64,000 bases of DNA from Cenarchaeum sp. (GCA_965212015.1 OZ243037.1:1376001-1440000), one strand, 5' to 3'; counted from the first letter of the stretch, positions 9,569-19,056 are shown. Numbers and translations: made by a program. Notes: a model not told the origin generated them from the letters alone.

Positions 9569-10420
9569 TCAGGCATTTTGGCGCCGATCCCGTCCAAATC
9601 CGCGCAATTTCAGGACGGCGAGGGCTGGAATCCCAAGGTATATCCCGGCATTGAGCAGGATTACGCCGGATCCGTATGCCAGCATTTCTGCCTCCGAATC
9701 GACGTCCACATAGTTAAGGATGCCCAGCGTCGCCAGCATCGGCGTCAGTCCCAGCTTTACGACCTCCCTAAAGACGGGGTTTTCCCTCTCGAGATCCGCC
9801 ACTATCGGGGAGAACGAATAATACACTGCATCAAACGCGCCCATAAATGCAGAGCCGGACTCTGTACCCAGGACAACATTGTCGCGAATCTCCCTTAGCT
9901 GCTGCACCTGCGGTGCAAGCTCAGAACCGTACGCCGCAGTTGCAATCAAACATCCGTTGGTCGGCTGCGCGACGCATACTCCGTCCACCATTACCTCGTT
10001 TATGTCGCACGGTACGGGCGGAACATCGCCTGCAACTATGCTAAACGAAACAGCCTCTGCGGGAATCGGCTGGAACAAGATCCCCTCAATCTCTATTGTT
10101 GCAGTATACGTTCCCTCATCAAGGACTCCTATCGGAATTGTCACCGAGCCAGTCGAGGTGTGCGTCAAGGGAATGGGGCCAAACGCGGCCTCGTCGTCCT
10201 TGTATACTGCCATGCTGTAATCTATATGCTCTTGAACATTGTTCGTCTGCGGGTTGAGAAAATCAATGTACACCTTTACCTGATCACCGGGTAAAATCCT
10301 GCCGGGGGCTGTCGAAAAATCAATATTCAGGGTACCGTCTTCTGTCGGCAACACCTGCGAATTTGTCTGTGCAAACGCAGGCGGGATCAAAAACAAAACC
10401 AGCAGCAGCAAAGCCTTCAT
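9569..10420 (-). CDS. secreted CFI-box-CTERM domain protein
   Basis: Signal peptide MKALLLLVLF; GCLIATAAYGSELAPQVQQLREIRDN and YYSFSP motifs; C-terminal TM. Confidence 0.88.
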   Translation of the reverse strand: MKALLLLVLFLIPPAFAQTNSQVLPTEDGTLNIDFSTAPGRILPGDQVKVYIDFLNPQTNNVQEHIDYSMAVYKDDEAAFGPIPLTHTSTGSVTIPIGVLDEGTYTATIEIEGILFQPIPAEAVSFSIVAGDVPPVPCDINEVMVDGVCVAQPTNGCLIATAAYGSELAPQVQQLREIRDNVVLGTESGSAFMGAFDAVYYSFSPIVADLERENPVFREVVKLGLTPMLATLGILNYVDVDSEAEMLAYGSGVILLNAGIYLGIPALAVLKLRGFGRDRRQNA

Positions 10421-10535
10421 GCCGTATTTTTTACCACAAACAATAAAAAACTTGCCAAATTCCAAGTTTCACGGCCGCTGCGCCCCGCCACACACTTGTA
10501 TATTTAAATAAGGAAAATCACCAAAAAAGGAACAC

Positions 10536-12230
10536 TTGCACTCAAAAATACCGATATTTTTCGCACTGCTGGGGATTGCGGCAGTACCGCTGTTGACAGG
10601 CGGCGCGTATGGACACGGCCTCGGAGGCGACGTTGCGCCGCCGATTGATTTTGAGGGCGAACAAGTCACGGTCAGCACGCAGATGAATCCCGCCGACATT
10701 ACCGTAGGCGAGGTTGATTCTGCAAACATGGCAATCCGGTTCTACAACGAGGACACCAATTCCACACTGAACAGCGTGACTTATCGCGTCGAAGTCTGGA
10801 GGAGCGATGATCTGCTTGCCAGAAACCTGTTTTACGACGACGACGGGTTTCTCAACATAGAGGTCCGGCCCGTATACGACTGTAACGAAGTCGACCTGTG
10901 GAGGTGCACCACGTATGCGGGATCCGAGCACTCCGTCTCGCCGGGGGCGCTGTACGTCTTTGGGGAGGGGCGGCCGCTCATAACGGGGCCCATCTTTGAC
11001 AAGGGCGGCCTGTACAACATCAAGGTGACCATCGAGGGCGCCACCAGCCCCAGGACCATTGTTGCCTCGCCCCTGAAATACGACACGTTCGTCAGCGTTG
11101 CGCAGGAGCAGCCGTTTTCAATCCAGACTGCCAGTGCAGAGACCCCCGTAGTGGTAAAGACGTACTATGACGAGGTCGACAATTTTGCCTATGATTCGTC
11201 TGACAACTCCATTGGATTTGACATGCCGTTTGACTGGTCGCCTGACTATATCCAGTACGTATCCGTGGTACACCAGGAGCTGCAGCTGCCAAAGTCGTTT
11301 GCCCCGTACATGGACGTGACGCAGTTCAGGGGCTTTGTGGACGGAGTCGAAGTCGAGCAGCGGGTGCTGGTGCTGGATCCGTACTCGTCAGAGGACACAA
11401 ACACCATCCACTTTCTGGTCAACGGCGAGGAGCTAAAAAGAATCAACAGTGTGCTGGGACCGCAGCACGAGCAGAGCCCGACCATGGAATTCAAGCTTGT
11501 CCCCCAGGCCGGGGTCACAAAAAACTCGCTCGGGTTCTTTCTAGTCGACGTGGAAACATTCGATGATACTGGCACCACCGTAAACATTTCGTGGGACGAA
11601 AAATATGTGGCAGGAGACGAGATTCCGTTTGAAATCAGCTTTTTTGATAAGAACAAAGAGCTGATCAAGGATGTAAGATATGCGTATTACCTGATCGATT
11701 CGGCAGAGAACATACTGCTGGAGGTCGGAACCACCAAAGACAGCTCGGGGGACCTTGGGATATCCGCATTTGAGGGAATCGACATTCAAAAGATCACGCT
11801 GCCCTCCTCTGATACGTACCGGCTGGACATCAGGGTGCTGGGAACAGGAATCAACTATGATTCCACGTACGCCGGAATCGGCTCGACGATATTCGAGATA
11901 GGATCCGACGGTTCCATTGTACCAAGAGCATTGCCTGATCCGGCACCAACCCAGACAGAGACAGTCTCCATTCCAGAGTGGGTCAAAAACAACGCCAGAT
12001 GGTGGGCGGAGGGAAGCATTGATGATGCGGCATTTGCAACAGGAATAGAGTTTATGATAAAACAGGGAATCATATCAATTCCCACAACCGAAGGCCGGCA
12101 GGGCGGCGGTGCGGAAATCCCGGAATGGGTGAGAAGCAATGCCGACTGGTGGTCGCAGGACCTGATAACTGACGAGGACTTTGCAGGCGGTCTACAATAT
12201 TTGATAGCAAACGGTATAATTACGGTTTGA
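10536..12230 (+). CDS. secreted protein with two thaumarchaeal IPxWVKNNAxWW C-terminal domains
   Basis: Signal peptide AYG-HGL; MPFDWS domain shared with 3565..4884; IPEWVKNNARWW and IPEWVRSNADWW repeats. Confidence 0.85.
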   Translation: MHSKIPIFFALLGIAAVPLLTGGAYGHGLGGDVAPPIDFEGEQVTVSTQMNPADITVGEVDSANMAIRFYNEDTNSTLNSVTYRVEVWRSDDLLARNLFYDDDGFLNIEVRPVYDCNEVDLWRCTTYAGSEHSVSPGALYVFGEGRPLITGPIFDKGGLYNIKVTIEGATSPRTIVASPLKYDTFVSVAQEQPFSIQTASAETPVVVKTYYDEVDNFAYDSSDNSIGFDMPFDWSPDYIQYVSVVHQELQLPKSFAPYMDVTQFRGFVDGVEVEQRVLVLDPYSSEDTNTIHFLVNGEELKRINSVLGPQHEQSPTMEFKLVPQAGVTKNSLGFFLVDVETFDDTGTTVNISWDEKYVAGDEIPFEISFFDKNKELIKDVRYAYYLIDSAENILLEVGTTKDSSGDLGISAFEGIDIQKITLPSSDTYRLDIRVLGTGINYDSTYAGIGSTIFEIGSDGSIVPRALPDPAPTQTETVSIPEWVKNNARWWAEGSIDDAAFATGIEFMIKQGIISIPTTEGRQGGGAEIPEWVRSNADWWSQDLITDEDFAGGLQYLIANGIITV

Positions 12231-12244
12231 GGAGGGATAACTGC

Positions 12245-12451
12245 ATGAAAGACATCAACAAAATCCTGCCAAAAATCCCAAACATGAAGTGGGGGGCGCT
12301 GATGAATACCGCGCCGACCAGCCAAAAGGTGGACGAAATGAACAAGATATTCCCGGCAAACGGCAAGTGGCATACCGTCTTTGAGGAAAAAGACCAGATA
12401 CACATAGACGGAAAGCGCGTCTGGAAAAAGGACGCAAAATCCTGGACATAA
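12245..12451 (+). CDS. small hypothetical protein
   Basis: GGAGG upstream; MKDINKILPKIPNMKWGALMN...; host-like codon usage. Confidence 0.75.
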   Translation: MKDINKILPKIPNMKWGALMNTAPTSQKVDEMNKIFPANGKWHTVFEEKDQIHIDGKRVWKKDAKSWT

Positions 12452-12719
12452 CGCGGGCTAGAATTCTTCTGGCAGTGATTCCGACCCAATTCCAGCAAAT
12501 TCAGATTTGCGGCGAAATCTACTCGTGGCCATTCGTGACCGGCAACCGGATTTCACAGTATTTAAGCACCATTAAAATTAAGTACAACTAGATGATATCT
12601 ATATGCGTGTGGAATCCCAGCTATTCAGGGTTATCTCTTGGAGATTGTGATAATGAGTTATAAAAGGCGGTTTTTAGAAAATATGATAGGAGATATCCGG
12701 CGGGGGCAAGCAACATAAA

Positions 12720-13022
12720 ATGACAAATTTAGAACGACCGAGTGAGTTGCAAAGCGGATTCATACTTGCCAAGTGCTCTAAAAGAACCCACAACGATTGC
12801 AGAAAAATACGTGACGCCATTATCGATGGATCTGATGGGTATGTTCAGGAGGCATACACTACAAACGCCGATATTGATAATGAAACGTGGTGTGTTGCAG
12901 CTTCTGCCTTGGTTCCTGAAAATAAGGCCAAAAAATTTGAAAAACACTTGCGATCTATTCATACAACAGGTAAAAAACCTGTCACGATCAAAAACCTCAA
13001 ATTTATCCTCAATAAGCAATAA
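12720..13022 (+). CDS. hypothetical protein, possible divergent Lrp/AsnC ligand-binding (RAM) fold
   Basis: AT-rich ORF; GFILAKC...VQEAYTT...WCVAASA beta-alpha-beta pattern; fold assignment is inference. Confidence 0.6.
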   Translation: MTNLERPSELQSGFILAKCSKRTHNDCRKIRDAIIDGSDGYVQEAYTTNADIDNETWCVAASALVPENKAKKFEKHLRSIHTTGKKPVTIKNLKFILNKQ

Positions 13023-13047
13023 ATTTATTCGGGACTAGTTTTTCTAT

Positions 13048-13992
13048 ATGATATTGCACGTTTTCATAGTTTTGGAGTCTGGTAAGGAAAAAAGAGCTCT
13101 CAAAGCGATCAAATCCATGAATCACGTCCAAATCACTGCCCATAATTCAAATGAAATTGTCGTAAAATTGGATAATCCACCACAGAACAAATCCAAACAA
13201 ACACAGATAAAAAACTCATTTACAAAAATTCCGGGTGTATTGCAAGCCAGTTTAGTACCTCCATATCTTGCTGTTAAAAATGCCAAAAGAGATGAAGCAT
13301 TCCGGACAAATAAATGTGGGATATTTTTTGACATTGATAGCACATTAACTCAAGGTGCACCCGGAACTATACATCCTAAAATAAAGAAAATCCTTCAGCA
13401 AATCCAAGATCGCGGAATATGGATTTTCTTTGCTACCGGGCGTTCAATGCCAGATGTGATTAATCTAATTACAAATTACCCTGCCGAATCCCATGCGATT
13501 GCAGAGAATGGAGGGCTCATTCTGGGATTTGGCAAAAACGGGTATATGGAATTTGGCAACAGAGATGAGCCAGACAAGGTATTAAATCATCTGAAAACCA
13601 AATATAGAATTCCTGAGGATATGCGGCAAGGAATACGATTGACTGAGGTGATATTTTTACAACGTGATGTATCCCGCAAACATCTTGATTCGGCAATCAA
13701 ACACAGTAATGCCAAGGTGGACGTTCATCCTAGTACTAACTCATATCACATCTCCCAAACTAAAATCAACAAAGGTACTGCCATGCTTAAATTGTGCGAA
13801 TTATTGCACTTTAATCGCTTTATAATTGCCGTCGGCGATGCAGACATGGATATTCCCATGTTTGAAAAGGCGGATTATAGCTTTGCAGTAGGAAACGCAT
13901 CACCAAACGCAAAAAACGCGGCAAATCAAGTTCTAGACGGAGAATTTGAAAAAGGCATCGAAGAAATCTACAACCTAATCAACCGAGTCTAG
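13048..13992 (+). CDS. HAD-IIB (Cof / phosphoglycolate phosphatase-like) hydrolase with N-terminal Lrp/AsnC RAM-like domain
   Basis: FDIDSTLT, ATGRS, IAENGG, NKGTA, VGDADMDIPMF motifs; N-terminus VFIVLESGKEKRALKAIK...EIVVKL...FTKIPGV. Confidence 0.88.
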   Translation: MILHVFIVLESGKEKRALKAIKSMNHVQITAHNSNEIVVKLDNPPQNKSKQTQIKNSFTKIPGVLQASLVPPYLAVKNAKRDEAFRTNKCGIFFDIDSTLTQGAPGTIHPKIKKILQQIQDRGIWIFFATGRSMPDVINLITNYPAESHAIAENGGLILGFGKNGYMEFGNRDEPDKVLNHLKTKYRIPEDMRQGIRLTEVIFLQRDVSRKHLDSAIKHSNAKVDVHPSTNSYHISQTKINKGTAMLKLCELLHFNRFIIAVGDADMDIPMFEKADYSFAVGNASPNAKNAANQVLDGEFEKGIEEIYNLINRV

Positions 13993-14100
13993 GCGTGCGA
14001 TATCGATTTATATCCCCATATGTAGCCTCAACCAAAACCCAAGACAGGCGCCGGCCGGTACAACATTATTATACAAATCTCGAATGATCCATATCAATTC

Positions 14101-14859
14101 ATGATTCCACTACGAGACGAAAACCCGCACCCGCCGGGATTCAAGCCAAAGGTGACCATCGCCTTAATAATAGCCAACCTGGCGGTATTTATCTACGAGA
14201 TTGCAGTTACCGGGCAGTTTTGGGAGTTTACCAACTCGCGCGCCGCACTGTTGTTTTTTGAGTGGGGCGCCGTTCCAAGCTGCGTTACGGGATCGCAGTT
14301 TATCGTAACGCAGGGGATACAGATCCCGTGCCCCGCAATCCCGGAATTATCGCTGCTAAGCTCCACCTTTATGCACGGCGGGCTGATGCACCTGGGCGGC
14401 AACATGCTGTTTTTGTGGATATTCGGGGACAATATCGAGCTAAAATTCGGCAAGATAAAGTTTCTTGCAATCTATCTAGTGTGGGGGCTGGGCGCCGGAC
14501 TTGCCCACGTTTTTGTAGATCCCACAAGTGTCATTCCCGCAGTCGGCGCATCGGGTGCAGTCTCTGGCGTTCTTGGTGCGTATCTTATAATATTTCCAAA
14601 GGCCAGAATCCTGACTTTTGTGGGCTATTTCATGATGCACATTCAGGCCAGATGGTTCCTGCCGTTCTGGCTGGTCTTTCAGAATTTGCTGCCGTTTTTC
14701 GTTGGCGGTTTCGGAGTCGCAGGCGGCGGGGTCGCATACATGGCGCACATTGGCGGTTTTGCAATCGGGTTTGCAGCCGGCTTCATATACAAGAGAATGC
14801 ACAGGACCGAATCCACCTACGGCACAAGATACGGCTGGCGCGGTGACGACTATCGCTGA
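14101..14859 (+). CDS. rhomboid intramembrane serine protease
   Basis: FMHGGLMHLGGNMLFLWIFG, VGASGA, AHIGG. Confidence 0.95.
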   Translation: MIPLRDENPHPPGFKPKVTIALIIANLAVFIYEIAVTGQFWEFTNSRAALLFFEWGAVPSCVTGSQFIVTQGIQIPCPAIPELSLLSSTFMHGGLMHLGGNMLFLWIFGDNIELKFGKIKFLAIYLVWGLGAGLAHVFVDPTSVIPAVGASGAVSGVLGAYLIIFPKARILTFVGYFMMHIQARWFLPFWLVFQNLLPFFVGGFGVAGGGVAYMAHIGGFAIGFAAGFIYKRMHRTESTYGTRYGWRGDDYR

Positions 14860-15070
14860 CTTTATTCCTGCGACCTGCTCAAAGCTTTACTGGAAACCAA
14901 GATGAACCTGAACCTGTTCATACCGCACTGAAACCAGAATCCTACAGACCTCACTGCGACCTATTCTGCACTTGCGTACAATCCACCTGCCTGCGCGTCT
15001 TGTGCGGTATGAGGGCAGGTCCGGCTGCTGTTACCCGTTTGTTCCACCTCTAAGGAATAAATCACGCCTG
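14858..15070 (-). ncRNA. candidate structured ncRNA with repeated (C)AGG(Y) motifs (element A)
   Basis: No credible ORF; terminal stem TTTATTCCT 14861-14869 with AGGAATAAA 15053-15061; 11-bp stem TCATACCGCAC/GTGCGGTATGA; 11 AGG motifs on the minus strand versus 2 on the plus strand. Confidence 0.55.
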
Positions 15071-15349
15071 ATGGCCACACCGTATAATGCCAGTAATCAC
15101 GGTATCAATGTATCCCGGCAGGACACGGGAGCAAAAAAACGACTTTGCGCGGACCGTCACAGAATCGGCGGCAAAAATTCTGAAAACCAAGGAAAACCAC
15201 GTGATCGTAGTCTTTGATGAGAATCCAAAGGAAAACTGGTTTATGGCCGGAGAACAGCTGTAAGCCGATTTTTTTATTTTTTCAGTCCCCGTGCCAATCC
15301 ATAACCGCAGACATGAAAGTTTTTATGTTGTTAAAACGGAGCGGTATCG

Positions 15350-16171
15350 TTGCAAAATACGGCATTATTCACACTTTTGGCCATACTGGCTACCGCATCG
15401 GGAATCGCCGTGCCATACGCGCACGCCCAGGATTCAAGCGTGCAGATCATACCTGCAAAGGACGGCGAGTGCGGGGATGCAGAAAAATGCTTTGTGCCAG
15501 ATACTATTACAATTAACGCAGGCGATACCATAACATGGACAAACGCCGGCGATTCATCGCAGACCACCGTGACTAGCGGCAGCATAGATGACGGCCCCGA
15601 CGGAGTCATCGACTCAAAGCTGATCGCACCGGGAGAAGAGTTTTCACAGACATTTAACATTGCGGGGACGCATTCCTATTTCTCAATGATTCAGCCCTGG
15701 ATGACTGGCACCATTACAGTACAGGCGGCAGTGGCAGACGTTGACGCAACAAGCGAGCCGGCGCCATCGGCAGAGACCGGCGGCTGCCTTGTTGCGACTG
15801 CGGCGTACGGTTCTGAGCTTGCACCGCAGGTGCAGCAGCTAAGGGAGATTCGCGACGATACCCTGCTGTCGACTGAATCGGGAACGGCATTCATGCAGGG
15901 CTTTAACCAGGCCTATTACTCGTTCTCGCCGGCAGTGGCAGATCTCCAGCGGGCAAGTCCCGAATTCCGCGAGGCAGTAAAGCTCGTCATCACGCCAATG
16001 CTCTCCACACTCTCCATAATGACGCTGGCAGAGTCAGGCTCAGAATCCGACGTGCTGGCACTTGGAATCTCAGTCATTGCGCTAAATCTGGGCATGTATG
16101 TTGCGGCTCCTGCGGCGGCCGGACTTGTCATACACAGGAAACTAAGGCCAAACCCCGGCACAATACAGTAA
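15350..16171 (+). CDS. cupredoxin-fold protein lacking most copper ligands, with CFI-box-CTERM
   Basis: CFVPDTITINAGDTITWTN fold signature, but TTVTSG and YFSMIQPWM replace HTVTSG and YFCxxHPWM; GCLVATAAYGSELAPQVQ. Confidence 0.88.
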   Translation: MQNTALFTLLAILATASGIAVPYAHAQDSSVQIIPAKDGECGDAEKCFVPDTITINAGDTITWTNAGDSSQTTVTSGSIDDGPDGVIDSKLIAPGEEFSQTFNIAGTHSYFSMIQPWMTGTITVQAAVADVDATSEPAPSAETGGCLVATAAYGSELAPQVQQLREIRDDTLLSTESGTAFMQGFNQAYYSFSPAVADLQRASPEFREAVKLVITPMLSTLSIMTLAESGSESDVLALGISVIALNLGMYVAAPAAAGLVIHRKLRPNPGTIQ

Positions 16172-16205
16172 CACTCTTTTATTTTGCACGTTCATTGAAT
16201 TTTTG

Positions 16206-17015
16206 ATGGTAAAGGCAGCAATCGTGCAGCTCCGGGCGTCGACTAGCAAAAAAGACAATCTGGAAAAAATACTGAAATACGTCTCGCAGGCTGCGAAAAA
16301 AAACGCAAAGCTAGTAGCGTTTCCGGAATTCATGATGTTTTACACGCCGCAGTCGCAGACGCCGTCGCAGCTGGCGCGCCAGGCAGAATCAATCGACGGC
16401 GGGTTTGTGCGCGCCATAAGGGAATCCGCAAGGGAGAACTCTATAGAGATAGTGGGGACGTTCTATGAGACCAGTGCAAAAAAAAACAGGGTCCATGACA
16501 CGTCGTTTCTAATCGACAGGTCCGGCAGGGTGGTATCCAGGTACAGGAAAATACACCTGTATGACGCGCTGGGATTTCGCGAATCCGACAAGATGGTCCC
16601 CGGTTCGGGGATTTCCAGGCCGGCAGGAACGCAGATTGGAAGGCTCGGCATGCTGATATGCTACGACCTGAGGTTCCCCGAGGTATCGCGCACGCTGGCA
16701 TCATCCGGCTCTGAAATCATAGCAGCTCCGTCTGCCTGGGTCCGGGGAAAATCAAAAGAGGAGCACTGGATAAGCATGAACAAGGCGCGCGCCATTGAAA
16801 ACGGGTGCTATGTGATATCGCCTGACCAGGTAGGACATGCCTACTGCGGGCGGAGCGTAATTGTGGATCCGTACGGCAAAATCCTGCTTGACATGAAGAA
16901 AAGAGAGGCAATGGGGACTGCCGACATTGATCTCGAGGTGGTCAGGCAGACGCGCAGGGCCCTGCCGCTGCTCAAAAACAGGAGGCTTGACATATATCCG
17001 GGCTTTAGGATTTGA
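16206..17015 (+). CDS. carbon-nitrogen hydrolase (nitrilase/Nit family)
   Basis: FPE, YRKIHLYD, ICYDLRFPE triad; ARAIEN. Confidence 0.95.
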   Translation: MVKAAIVQLRASTSKKDNLEKILKYVSQAAKKNAKLVAFPEFMMFYTPQSQTPSQLARQAESIDGGFVRAIRESARENSIEIVGTFYETSAKKNRVHDTSFLIDRSGRVVSRYRKIHLYDALGFRESDKMVPGSGISRPAGTQIGRLGMLICYDLRFPEVSRTLASSGSEIIAAPSAWVRGKSKEEHWISMNKARAIENGCYVISPDQVGHAYCGRSVIVDPYGKILLDMKKREAMGTADIDLEVVRQTRRALPLLKNRRLDIYPGFRI

Positions 17016-17472
17016 CCTTTCTGGTCTTGCAGTTGTGGTTTGAGCACTGGTGCGTCCATTTCTGCTTTCTGGAATACCGGAAAATCACCACGGGCCACCT
17101 GCAGCTCTCGCACGTCCTCTTGAGCGCCCGGAGCTTTGCCCTTTGCAGGAGGGGAGCCGAGGCCTTGCAGCCGCTGTAATAGTTCGAGCACCCCATGAAG
17201 CGCTTTCGGGTCTTTTTGGATCTTATCACCATCAGCTGCCCTATGCCGCATTCCGGGCACGGCGCAAGCCCGTTTTTCGGCTCGTTTGTCCCCAGAATCA
17301 CGTATTTTTTTTTGGACGGCGACCACGAGAGAAACCCGTTGACATCAAAGTACTGCCTGATCTCTTTTTTGAACGTGTCGATTCTTTTCTGGCTGGTCCT
17401 TATGGTGTGGCGGCACTTTGTAATGTCGCGGTTGGCCCGGACGGGCTTTTGCAGGGCCTGTTTTTGTTTCAT
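17005..17472 (-). CDS. stand-alone topoisomerase-type C4 zinc-finger protein
   Basis: CPECGIGQLM...FMGCSNY...C and CESC...CSNHNC; ATG at 17472. Confidence 0.85.
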   Translation of the reverse strand: MKQKQALQKPVRANRDITKCRHTIRTSQKRIDTFKKEIRQYFDVNGFLSWSPSKKKYVILGTNEPKNGLAPCPECGIGQLMVIRSKKTRKRFMGCSNYYSGCKASAPLLQRAKLRALKRTCESCRWPVVIFRYSRKQKWTHQCSNHNCKTRKVKS

Positions 17473-17534
17473 ATTTTGATTTGCAACACTTGTTATTAAA
17501 ACAATTTTTATAGGGACATTGGTCAGCAAGTTTT

Positions 17535-18689
17535 GTGGAAAAGGTTTGCGTTCTTGGTGCGGGAAGCACCAAATACGGAAAATTACAAGACAGCATTTCC
17601 GATATAACGGTCCGGGCCTCGATTGACGCAATTCAAAGCGCAGGGATTGATCCCAAGGACATCAAGGCCGGCTATATCTCAAACGTCTTTGGCGTCGCCG
17701 ACAAGCAGGTACACCTGGGACCGGTAATCATGAGCAATCTTGGAATACCGGAGAGGCCCTCGCTGTCCATCGAGTCGGCCTGCGGCAGCGGATCCGTCTC
17801 GTTCAGGGAGGCGTTTGCAAACGTGGCAGCGGGATTCTACGACGTAGTCCTGGTTGCCGGAACAGAAAAGGTGACGCATACCGGAACCGAATGGACCACG
17901 ACTTATTTCTCGTACTGTTCGGATTTCTTTTACGAGGGGCAGGCCGGCGCGTCGTTTCCGGGCCTGTTTGCATCGATGGCCAGGGCGTACCTGTCGGAGT
18001 TTGACGCCACCGAGGAGGATTTTGCAAGGGTGGCAGTAAAAAACCACGAAAACGGGCTGCTCAACCCAAAGGCGCACCTGCGCAAAAAGATCACAGTCGA
18101 CGACGTGATGAATTCTGCGACAGTCGCAAGCCCGCTCAAGCTTTATGACTGCTGCCCGTTTTCTGACGGCGCCAGCTCTGTCATCCTGTGCAGCGAAAAG
18201 TTCGCCCGCGAGCACGGCGGCGACTATGTCCGGGTCATCGGCTCCGGAAGGGGAGGATCGCCTGCGGCACTGCAGGATCGCGCCCACATGACTACCATCC
18301 CGAGCACAAAAATAGCGGCGGATGCGGCCTACAAGATGGCAGGAATTACCCCAAAGGATGTAGATTTTGCCGAGGTCCACGACTGCTTTACCATCGCCGA
18401 AATAGTCGACAGCGAGGATTTGGGGTTCTTTGAGAAGGGCAAGGGCGTCGAGGGCGTGCGGGAGGGCCAGACCTCAAGGGACGGCCAGATACCGATCAAC
18501 CCGTCAGGCGGGCTAAAGTCAAAGGGCCATCCGATCGGCGCAACGGGGGTGGGACAGGTAGTCGAGGTTTATGATCAACTGACTGGCAATGCGGGTCAGA
18601 GAACCGTACGGGACGCCAAAGTCGGCCTGACCCACAATTTCGGCGCAACGGGGGCCAGCTGCGCGGTCCACATCTTTCAGGGAGTGTAA
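17535..18689 (+). CDS. archaeal acetyl-CoA acetyltransferase (thiolase)
   Basis: ESACGSG, AEVHDCF, NPSGGLKSKGHPIGATG. Confidence 0.95.
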   Translation: MEKVCVLGAGSTKYGKLQDSISDITVRASIDAIQSAGIDPKDIKAGYISNVFGVADKQVHLGPVIMSNLGIPERPSLSIESACGSGSVSFREAFANVAAGFYDVVLVAGTEKVTHTGTEWTTTYFSYCSDFFYEGQAGASFPGLFASMARAYLSEFDATEEDFARVAVKNHENGLLNPKAHLRKKITVDDVMNSATVASPLKLYDCCPFSDGASSVILCSEKFAREHGGDYVRVIGSGRGGSPAALQDRAHMTTIPSTKIAADAAYKMAGITPKDVDFAEVHDCFTIAEIVDSEDLGFFEKGKGVEGVREGQTSRDGQIPINPSGGLKSKGHPIGATGVGQVVEVYDQLTGNAGQRTVRDAKVGLTHNFGATGASCAVHIFQGV

Positions 18690-18690
18690 A

Positions 18691-19056
18691 ATGTCCGGCA
18701 AGCAAGAGTTTGTAAAACAGGCCAAGGAGGGAAACGTCCTTGCGCACAAGTGCGCAAAGTGCGGCAACCTCTGCCTGTCTACTGTCTATTTCTGCCAGAA
18801 ATGCGGCGCCAGGGACTTTGAGGATGCCGTATTCAAGGGGACCGGGACGGTGGCCACATACACGATAATCACGGTTCCGCCGGCAGGGTTTGAAGAGCAT
18901 ACGCCATATGCCTGGGTGGTGCTCAACCTGGACGGCTCCAAGCTGCGGGTGTCCGGATTCATGGCCGGAATCGCAAGCCCGGACGATCTCTTGGTCGGCT
19001 CGCCTGCCAGAATAACCGGCTTTGACGAGCGCGGGATCCTGCTAGAAAAGCGCTAA
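18691..19056 (+). CDS. DUF35 Zn-ribbon/OB-fold thiolase partner
   Basis: CAKC...CQKC, GTVATYT, PYAWVVL; directly after the thiolase. Confidence 0.93.
   Translation: MSGKQEFVKQAKEGNVLAHKCAKCGNLCLSTVYFCQKCGARDFEDAVFKGTGTVATYTIITVPPAGFEEHTPYAWVVLNLDGSKLRVSGFMAGIASPDDLLVGSPARITGFDERGILLEKR

Noticed and set aside
15010-15035. CAGGTCCGG as SRP RNA helix 8
   Set aside because: The GNRA loop and following AGCAG are absent and no Alu domain is visible; no RNase P GAGGAAAGTCC motif either
17473-17631. N-terminal extensions in the ORF track (also 25126, 27204, 29990, 37035, 42559, 55993, 58798)
   Set aside because: They overlap neighbouring genes or promoters; downstream starts match the family N-termini
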